Virus record (IMG/VR): IMGVR_UViG_3300045988_118516
Span: 1 to 38,567 of that record
Origin: a virus
Strand: one strand, 5' to 3'
DNA length: 38,567 nucleotides
Below are positions 22,950-29,194 of the stretch, in pieces (position 1 is the first letter of the stretch; each line of letters begins with the position of its first letter). Under the pieces are notes generated by a model. It searched no databases. It was not told the origin of the DNA and worked only from the letters and a program-made list of their open reading frames with translations. The position numbers were made by a program, and so were the translations under genes.

Positions 22950-23408
22950 ATGAAAACTTGCCCAAATTGCGGCGAAACGAACGGAGAAGCGAACGACAAG
23001 TGCTATAAGTGTGGTGCAGACTTGTCACAGATTTCCGGCGAAAAGCGATATTGCGAGTATTGCAAAGAGATTTACTCACCACGGACAAAAGAGTGTCCTA
23101 ACTGTGGTATGCCTACGATTGTGTACAATCCTGCTACAATGTCGCAGATACATAACACCGGAGGCGTTGAAGTGTGGATGTACGTCATCGCATTTTTAAT
23201 CCCGATTGTGGGGCTTGTCCTCGGATGCATCCAAGTCGGCAAAAACGACAAATCTGGAGGCAAAAAGCTGATTATCACCTCCATTGTGTCGTTTATACTG
23301 TATGTAATTGTCGTGTCTGCAATCTCCAGCAGCCGCGAAAAGCAAGCTGCTGATGAGTTGTCAAGCCTATATGATAGTTATAGCTACAGTTATGACATTG
23401 ATGACTAA
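22950..23408 (+). CDS. Double zinc-ribbon membrane protein, 152 aa
   Basis: CPNCG...CYKCG and CEYC...CPNCG motifs, followed by two hydrophobic helices (VWMYVIAFLIPIVGLVLGCI and LIITSIVSFILYVIVVSAI). The RBS is CAGGAGTG. Confidence 0.7.
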   Translation: MKTCPNCGETNGEANDKCYKCGADLSQISGEKRYCEYCKEIYSPRTKECPNCGMPTIVYNPATMSQIHNTGGVEVWMYVIAFLIPIVGLVLGCIQVGKNDKSGGKKLIITSIVSFILYVIVVSAISSSREKQAADELSSLYDSYSYSYDIDD

Positions 23409-23445
23409 AAAGCCGCCTTGCATTTTTGCATGGCGATAAAAATAG

Positions 23446-23481
23446 CCCCCCAGAGGTCGAAACCTCTGAGGGGTGTTTTTT
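23446..23481. terminator. Bidirectional intrinsic terminator between the convergent Zn-ribbon and rep genes
   Basis: ccccccagaggt-cgaa-acctctgagggg, flanked by aaaaata on one side and tgtttttt on the other. Confidence 0.75.
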
Positions 23482-24538
23482 ATATTCCGTTATATGATAT
23501 CGGCTGATATGCATCGCTTTCGAGCATTTTTAAAAAATACTTAAACCTGTTTTTTATCGGCTTTTTGCACATTATGACATTGAGTGCGGCATATTTTTCA
23601 CGGAGATAAAACTGCTTACCATACAACTCACTTTTTGTTGCCTGGTCACACGGGATGTTTATCCGGACAAGTACACGGGCGATTTGCTCCATCTCAGCTT
23701 TGTTAAACTCATAATTACACCCCTCTGCGAGCGTGGCAAGCCGCTCAGAGCCGTAAGTGATTGCCCAATCAAATTCATCGCGTTCTTCAAAAAGTGCCTC
23801 TACGGGGCTGTCAGCGGCGTTCTGGGACGTTTTGAGTATAAATTGTATGCCGGATACTTTGCGGCCACGCCGCAGGGCTACATAATCAAAATCAATGTCG
23901 GTTTTTTGAGATAACTCTTTTTGACATTTTTTAAGCACCATTGTACTAAAACGCTTGTACTCGCTATACGTGTCCGCTGTGCAGCAAAGCATTTTTTTAA
24001 GGGCATCAAGTGGTATCGTCCACGACCCCCGAAAACGGTTGCTCTCCAGATACAAATACAAAATATAACTGTATCTTGATGTCAAATTGACTACATTTTT
24101 TAGACGGTATCTCAAATAACCTATGCTCTCAATGTTAAAGATGTACTCCATTGCCTCCGGAGAGCATGCAAGTTTGATTGTCCAAAGCCCATCATCCCCC
24201 CGTGTGCACTCAGCACACGAAAAGAGGACTATTTTAGTAAATTTGTTTGGTTTGTCGGGGTCTTGGATTGTAACGACCTTAAAAAGATTGTCAATCCGGT
24301 TGGATAAATCCTTGTTTTTTATCTGCGTAACGCCCAGCAGTGACTCCAACTCACCTTTATCAAACGTCACGCTCCGCTCCTCTGGTTTGCGGCTGTCGAT
24401 TTTTGATAGGTACGCATCGAGTATTTTAAACTCTGCGAGCGTCATTTTTGTCTCAGATAATGATTGCAGGGGATTTGATTTTTGTACTAAAAATTTGCAA
24501 TCACCCGAAAATTGTGGTAGCGCTGTCCTTTTTGGCAT
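23480..24538 (-). CDS. repB: Plasmid-type replication initiator, RepB/Rep_3 family, 352 aa
   Basis: LVQKSNPLQSLSETKMTLAEFKILDAYLSKI...VTFDKGELESLLGV is the characteristic Rep_3 N-terminal pattern. GAGGTG lies upstream of the ATG at 24538. Iterons sit directly upstream. Confidence 0.75.
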   Translation of the reverse strand: MPKRTALPQFSGDCKFLVQKSNPLQSLSETKMTLAEFKILDAYLSKIDSRKPEERSVTFDKGELESLLGVTQIKNKDLSNRIDNLFKVVTIQDPDKPNKFTKIVLFSCAECTRGDDGLWTIKLACSPEAMEYIFNIESIGYLRYRLKNVVNLTSRYSYILYLYLESNRFRGSWTIPLDALKKMLCCTADTYSEYKRFSTMVLKKCQKELSQKTDIDFDYVALRRGRKVSGIQFILKTSQNAADSPVEALFEERDEFDWAITYGSERLATLAEGCNYEFNKAEMEQIARVLVRINIPCDQATKSELYGKQFYLREKYAALNVIMCKKPIKNRFKYFLKMLESDAYQPISYNGI

Positions 24539-24556
24539 GATTATCACCTCATGCTT

Positions 24557-24585
24557 ATTTTAACATAAAGACGTGGTTTTGTCAA
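24557..24585 (-). promoter_or_regulatory. rep promoter TTGACA-17-TAAAAT
   Basis: Minus sense reads TTGACAaaaccacgtctttatgtTAAAAT. It abuts the iteron array. Confidence 0.65.
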
Positions 24586-24592
24586 TAGGTAT

Positions 24593-24689
24593 ACGTCCCT
24601 TTACGGAAAAGAGTATGTCCTTTGGCGGAAAAGGATACGTCCCTTTACGGAAAAGAGTACGTCCCTTTACGGAAAAGAGTATGTCCCTA
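24593..24689. repeat. Iteron array: about 4.4 tandem 22-bp repeats (ACGTCCCTTTACGGAAAAGAGT)
   Basis: Units start at 24593, 24615 (diverged), 24637 and 24659, with a partial unit at 24681. Confidence 0.9.
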
Positions 24690-24731
24690 AACACCAAACC
24701 GCCCCGAAAATCCGGACTTTTTTACACCCCG

Positions 24732-24790
24732 TAATCAAGTAGATAATCAAGTTATAATCAAGTTATAATCAAGATGATTGATTGATTGAT
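24732..24790. repeat. AT-rich short-repeat block (ATAATCAAGTT x3, then TGAT x4); candidate DNA-unwinding element of the plasmid origin
   Basis: taatcaagt agataatcaagtt ataatcaagtt ataatcaag atgattgattgattgat. Confidence 0.7.
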
Positions 24791-24811
24791 ATGCAGCAAA
24801 AAGAAAAAAAT

Positions 24812-26053
24812 TCACAATTTTGCATCTAGTGAAGCGACGTGCTTCAGAATCTGTTGCAGCGTGGATTCTTCGGTGTCCGGTTCAGGTGTTGGCTCTGGTT
24901 CTGGTTCATTCGGTTGCGTTACTTTTGTGAACCCGTTCAATCCAGCAGTTTTTATGATTGTCGGGTAATCGGTGTAACAGTAATCCATATCACACTCGCC
25001 AACAATACCAGGGATACTTTTTTGCCCAATAATGTCATACTCTGCGTTACCAGCTACGTTATACTGCCAAATGCCGTATGAATTTTGATACGTGCATTTA
25101 CTTGCGTACTGGGCACACCAGACCGTATAACGGCTTTTAATGCTATCTGACAGGTAATTGTCTAAGTAGTAGGTACTGCAATACAGACCGGCAAAATATC
25201 CAGCCTGTTCCAGCGTGTTCAAAAATGCATCTACTATTGCAGAGCAAGAAGCTTTGCCTAATGCAAATTGTTTTTCGTTCTCCAAATCCATATAAACCGG
25301 ATACTCAAACGATTTACCTTTAATGGTCTGCAAAAACACCTGTGCCTCACGTCTTGCCTCGTCTGCCGACATTGCGTAACTAAACCAGTACGCACCGCAG
25401 GGGATACTCAGACGCTTACAAGCGGCATAGTTACGGTTAAATTGTGTATCAACTTGGTTTGCCTCTTTGCCGTATCCAGCCCGTAAAATCGCAAAATCAA
25501 CCAGCCCGGACGCTTTTGCAGTGTCCCAGTCAATCTTGTTTTGACAGTATGACACATCGATGCCTTTTAAAATACTTGTTGTTTCGGTTGTCTTTTTGAT
25601 GCCAAAATACTTGTAAAAATCCTCTGTAACTGTGCCGTTCCCTTTGACCTCGTCACCGAGCCAACGGTATCCTGTGCGGACATCCAGATGCGTGTACTGG
25701 TAAGATGTCGTGATGTTAGCAATACCACCGAAACCTAAGTCTTGAGCCTTACAGCATACCGTTTTGCTGCTGATGGGCTGCCCGTCCTGCCCATAACAGC
25801 AGACATCCGCAGCAGTGCCTTTGGTATGCTGACCGCTGCTTGTGCCTCCAACCGTCTTGTCATGCTCTGGGCAGCGGTATCCACTTGTCACAATGATTTT
25901 GCTACAGTTAAGAGCAGTATAAAGCTGCTCTAACTTGTCTATTAGACCGCTGTCTATCAAAATATCGTGCAATTTACCGCACTGGCACTTAAACTCCTGC
26001 ACGTTAAAATGTGCTGACAGCTGGGTTTTGTCGTCAAATTGATACGTTGACAT
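24812..26053 (-). CDS. Bifunctional endolysin: N-terminal zinc peptidase (M15-type) plus GH25 muramidase, 413 aa
   Basis: SGYRCPEHDK...GQHTKGTAADV...YTHLDVR (H/D/H metal-site pattern) and GIDVSYCQNKIDWDTAKASGLVDFAILRAGYG (GH25). AAAGGAGTG lies upstream of the ATG at 26053. Confidence 0.85.
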   Translation of the reverse strand: MSTYQFDDKTQLSAHFNVQEFKCQCGKLHDILIDSGLIDKLEQLYTALNCSKIIVTSGYRCPEHDKTVGGTSSGQHTKGTAADVCCYGQDGQPISSKTVCCKAQDLGFGGIANITTSYQYTHLDVRTGYRWLGDEVKGNGTVTEDFYKYFGIKKTTETTSILKGIDVSYCQNKIDWDTAKASGLVDFAILRAGYGKEANQVDTQFNRNYAACKRLSIPCGAYWFSYAMSADEARREAQVFLQTIKGKSFEYPVYMDLENEKQFALGKASCSAIVDAFLNTLEQAGYFAGLYCSTYYLDNYLSDSIKSRYTVWCAQYASKCTYQNSYGIWQYNVAGNAEYDIIGQKSIPGIVGECDMDYCYTDYPTIIKTAGLNGFTKVTQPNEPEPEPTPEPDTEESTLQQILKHVASLDAKL

Positions 26054-26165
26054 GGTTAACACACTCCTTTTTATTCGATATTGGTTAAGATACACAAAAC
26101 AAATATATTATTTTTGTGCATCTATACAAATTCAAGAAAATATACGCCAAATTGGCATAAACCTA

Positions 26166-26194
26166 TTGACAAATATGCCAAATAGGTGTATACT
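26166..26194 (+). promoter_or_regulatory. Promoter TTGACA-17-TATACT
   Basis: TTGACAaatatgccaaataggtgTATACT. It is flanked by the inverted repeat CCTATT/AATAGG. Confidence 0.65.
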
Positions 26195-26248
26195 ATAATT
26201 ACAGCAAGGGCGAGAGCCCAAAAGAAAAGAAAACGGAGGAAATTTAAA

Positions 26249-27274
26249 ATGAACAACACGGAAAGAATCAACGAACTGCATGCAAAAATCAGACAGGAAC
26301 TCACCAACAAAGAAGCTTTGATTGATAGCAGAGAATACTTGGAATTTAAGGATGCTGACACAACAGAGGTTGAGGCAGAGCTTGCGGAAACAAGAGCCAA
26401 CATTAAGGCAATGCGGGAAGAACTCAGAGCCTTGCTGGACGCCGAATCTGCAGAAGAAAAAGAAAAAGAGTTGCAGGCAAAAATTAAACAGAAATTTGAG
26501 GCTAAGCAACCGCTACTCAGAGAGCAAGCACGCCTTTGTCTCAACAGCAAGGACACTGCAGAGGTCGACGGCAAAATTGCAGAAATAGAATCAAGCGTCA
26601 ACGAGATGCATTCTGAATTAAACGCTCTCCGGTGTGCAGAATTTGCAATCGAATGTGCAGAAAAATCAGAAGCCGATGATGAAGAAGAAAAAGATTTAGG
26701 CAAGAGAATCAAAAATCTGCAATTGCGGTTAAGAATTGCATACAGCCAGCGAGACCGCTATGTCTTTCACGGCTCAACATCAAAAGCAAAACAAGCTGAA
26801 ATTGAGGCTGACCTCACAAAAGGGGAAGAAGAAATTGCCATGATTAAAGCAAAGTTAAAATCCCTTGGTGCAGAGCCGGAAGAATGGAATGCACTTGACA
26901 TTTTTGATATTCCATCGTCGGATTTCGGAGCCGTTGCAGAAGAAGAGGTTAAAATTTACATTGACTTTGATGTATTTGCACAGCAGTACAACGCCGCAAA
27001 AAGTTGTGATAATAGCGACAAATTTATTATAAGACCGTGGGAAGACTGGATGAATCCTGCTGCAACACGTGCGTCAGTTGTTGATTTGCTGTCATATATA
27101 TACAACGTAAGCAAAAACGGATTTAACGAGATTGCTAAGCAGTACAAGTCCCTTAGAGAGCTGTCTGACAAGTTTAATATACCGTACAGCACCGTCCAAA
27201 AGTGGGGGGCGGGAAAAGCAACACCGCCGGAATACCTGTTGACGATGATGGCATATGTTACAATTATCGGGTAA
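26249..27274 (+). CDS. Coiled-coil protein with a C-terminal HTH, 341 aa
   Basis: ACGGAGGA RBS. A long charged heptad-like N-terminal part is followed by the C-terminus LRELSDKFNIPYSTVQKWGAGKATPPEYLLTMMAY (XRE-like HTH pattern). Confidence 0.75.
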   Translation: MNNTERINELHAKIRQELTNKEALIDSREYLEFKDADTTEVEAELAETRANIKAMREELRALLDAESAEEKEKELQAKIKQKFEAKQPLLREQARLCLNSKDTAEVDGKIAEIESSVNEMHSELNALRCAEFAIECAEKSEADDEEEKDLGKRIKNLQLRLRIAYSQRDRYVFHGSTSKAKQAEIEADLTKGEEEIAMIKAKLKSLGAEPEEWNALDIFDIPSSDFGAVAEEEVKIYIDFDVFAQQYNAAKSCDNSDKFIIRPWEDWMNPAATRASVVDLLSYIYNVSKNGFNEIAKQYKSLRELSDKFNIPYSTVQKWGAGKATPPEYLLTMMAYVTIIG

Positions 27275-27277
27275 CAG

Positions 27278-27289
27278 ATTTGTACAAAT
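27278..27289. promoter_or_regulatory. Perfect 12-bp palindrome ATTTGTACAAAT, 22 bp upstream of the next -35 element
   Basis: Read directly from the sequence. It shares TGTACAAAT with 22134-22142. Confidence 0.5.
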
Positions 27290-27311
27290 ACACAAAAACC
27301 GCCGAAAAGTA

Positions 27312-27339
27312 TTGACAAAGTGCATATAAGCGGTATAAT
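27312..27339 (+). promoter_or_regulatory. Promoter TTGACA-16-TATAAT
   Basis: TTGACAaagtgcatataagcggTATAAT. Confidence 0.65.
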
Positions 27340-27345
27340 AAAGGC

Positions 27346-27492
27346 ATAGCAAGACAACTTGCTTATGTCCTCCTTGCAAAAGGAGTGTTGGATTTAAATC
27401 ATTATTTTTAGTATGTGCTATAGGTAAGTAGCCGTTATGTCGCTACAAGCAAATGGCGTGTCGCTCCCCGTTGCAGGGGAGCGTGTCTTTTT
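27346..27492 (+). ncRNA. Candidate ~150-nt structured RNA or attenuator leader ending at an intrinsic terminator
   Basis: It lies between a consensus promoter and a strong terminator. Hairpins are cauagcaag/cuugcuuaug and cuccuu-GCAA-aaggag, then the terminator. There is no convincing ORF. Confidence 0.45.
27462..27492 (+). terminator. Intrinsic terminator inside the leader, upstream of the 74-aa ORF
   Basis: cgctcccc-gttgca-ggggagcg followed by tgtcttttt. Confidence 0.75.
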
Positions 27493-27518
27493 AAACCAAC
27501 AATACAGGAGGGCTAAAC

Positions 27519-27743
27519 ATGAGTAAAAAACCAACAAGAGTATTTTGGATTGTAAGGTATCGGCTATGGGGTGCGGACGGAGAATCATATATGTGGTTTG
27601 ACCACAAAGAAGACGCAGAAAAGTTTGCAGCCCGTGACTTTTACGACAAGCCATACCATAAAGTATATCCAAAAGAAGAGGGCGATTTACAAGCTATTCG
27701 GCTTAATGCTCTTGGTCTTTTAAATAACCCGTGGGGAGATTAA
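27519..27743 (+). CDS. Hypothetical protein, 74 aa
   Basis: CAGGAGGG RBS 7 nt upstream. The gene is followed by a terminator. The family is not recognised. Confidence 0.6.
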   Translation: MSKKPTRVFWIVRYRLWGADGESYMWFDHKEDAEKFAARDFYDKPYHKVYPKEEGDLQAIRLNALGLLNNPWGD

Positions 27744-27768
27744 AAACTAATACTTAAATTGGACGGTT

Positions 27769-27804
27769 CGCCCAGCAGTAATTTAAACTGCTGGGCGTTT
27801 TTTT
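27769..27804 (+). terminator. Intrinsic terminator ending the plus-strand island
   Basis: cgcccagcag-N9-ctgctgggcg followed by ttttttt. It overlaps the stop codon of the convergent methyltransferase gene. Confidence 0.8.
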
Positions 27805-28585
27805 ATTTTGATAATTCTTTTATAATTTCTTTTTCTCGGTCGCTGAGTTCAAAACGTTCCGCCCGTTCACGTTCCACCTGTTCTCGCTCTGCCCGTTCAC
27901 GTTCTGCGGCACACTGCTCGGAAATTAAAAATCCACCGCCAAATATCATCTTTTTCTTTTCTTTTTGGGTATCAAGCTGCGAGACAAAGAAAGATTCTGA
28001 TTTTGGCACTTTAAACTCAATCCCATATTTTGAGTAAGCGTTAATCCGTGCGGATTGTACAACATAATTTGGGTATGTGTATTTTGGCAACTGTTTTTTA
28101 GTCTCTTTCAGTATCGTTTCGGTCGCTTTTCTTACAACCTGATACAATCCCGGAGCGGTTCTGATTCGCAGATTCTGCGGCTCTAAATTGGTCAAAAATG
28201 ACGTTTTTACATTAGCACCGTTGTCATAAATGATGTTTGCATCCACAACCAACGCTGTACAATCTCTGTCTCTTATGCAATTAAACAAGGTTAAATTTGG
28301 AGCAAATAAGAAAAACGGAACATTTTTTGAAATGTAAAAATCTACAATTTTTGACAATATGCTAAATGGTGGATTGTCTACAACTATCGCAGTTTTGTCG
28401 TAGTCATAGTTTTCATAATCGCCGCCCGGATAAAAAGGGCGAACGAAATTGTCCCGATTAACCCCGTATTCACTTGCAACCCACTCTGCAACAGCATCGT
28501 AAACGACAGGCGGCGTATAGCAATCGTCTGTTGTTTTTTTCGGCTTAAATTTTTCTACAAATTCTTCGTATGTTTTGCTTTTCAT
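27803..28585 (-). CDS. Putative N6-adenine DNA methyltransferase (DNPPF motif), 260 aa
   Basis: DDCYTPP near the N-terminus and the catalytic-type motif VVDNPPFS. The start overlaps the holin stop as ATGA. Confidence 0.6.
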   Translation of the reverse strand: MKSKTYEEFVEKFKPKKTTDDCYTPPVVYDAVAEWVASEYGVNRDNFVRPFYPGGDYENYDYDKTAIVVDNPPFSILSKIVDFYISKNVPFFLFAPNLTLFNCIRDRDCTALVVDANIIYDNGANVKTSFLTNLEPQNLRIRTAPGLYQVVRKATETILKETKKQLPKYTYPNYVVQSARINAYSKYGIEFKVPKSESFFVSQLDTQKEKKKMIFGGGFLISEQCAAERERAEREQVERERAERFELSDREKEIIKELSK

Positions 28586-28998
28586 TTCTTTTCCTCTTTT
28601 TTTTGCAGCAAATCAATTGCTTTTCGGAGTGGTTCGGGGAACTGCACACCCATCAATCCCACGTTTTCGACCATTGAAATCAATTCATTTGCCATGAATG
28701 CGATACAAACACCATCTCTTACATAGGACGTATGCAGGACAGCGTCCACCTGCACGGCAACCACAACAAGTGCAAGCGTTGCAACCTTACGGCACAAACC
28801 TTTCCAGCCGACTTTAGATTGCAAGCCGCCTGATTCTGTTTTCGGGGACTTCTTAAAAATCCCTGCACAAGCTAACCCCATCAGGTAATCAATCGCCATA
28901 AAAATCAGCAAGGCTCTGATTGCTGCATCCCAGCCGCCAAACAACCCGGCAATCAGACCGCCGACTGTTCCGGCTGCTGCACAAATCCATTCTTTCAT
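28582..28998 (-). CDS. Holin (Phage_holin_4_1 / TcdE-like), 138 aa
   Basis: Multiple transmembrane segments: AAAGTVGGLIAGLFGGW, ALLIFMAIDYLMGLACAGIF and VATLALVVVAVQV. Confidence 0.8.
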   Translation of the reverse strand: MKEWICAAAGTVGGLIAGLFGGWDAAIRALLIFMAIDYLMGLACAGIFKKSPKTESGGLQSKVGWKGLCRKVATLALVVVAVQVDAVLHTSYVRDGVCIAFMANELISMVENVGLMGVQFPEPLRKAIDLLQKKEEKK

Positions 28999-29192
28999 TC
29001 AGCCGCCTCCTCTTCACTGACATCAGGTTCTTCTTCCGTTTCTTCCGCCGGCGGCTCTCCGTCCGGCGTAATCGTAACCGGCACGTCTTCCAAATCTTTG
29101 CCACCATCTAAAAACTCCTGCAATGACATCAAGACGCTATCATCATCGCCAAGTTGCATGTCAGGCTGATAATCCGCATATTTTATGTACAT
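28995..29192 (-). CDS. Highly acidic small protein, 65 aa
   Basis: AAAGGAGGGA lies upstream of the ATG at 29192. The C-terminus is EPPAEETEEEPDVSEEEAAE. The stop overlaps the holin start as ATGA. Confidence 0.55.
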   Translation of the reverse strand: MYIKYADYQPDMQLGDDDSVLMSLQEFLDGGKDLEDVPVTITPDGEPPAEETEEEPDVSEEEAAE

Positions 29193-29194
29193 GT

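Noticed and set aside
24593-24689. Possible CRISPR array, given the regular 22-bp repeats
   Set aside because: The repeats are directly contiguous with no unique spacers. There are only about 4 copies, and they abut the promoter of a Rep_3-type gene. They are iterons, not CRISPR repeats.
26122-26712. 196-aa Ser/Leu-rich ORF on the minus strand
   Set aside because: It is antisense to the well-supported coiled-coil gene, which has an RBS, promoter and terminator. The low-complexity composition is the mirror image of a Glu/Lys/Ala-rich gene.
27418-27672. 84-aa minus-strand ORF
   Set aside because: It overlaps the terminator hairpin and the 74-aa plus-strand gene. It has no RBS and would be transcribed against a consensus promoter.
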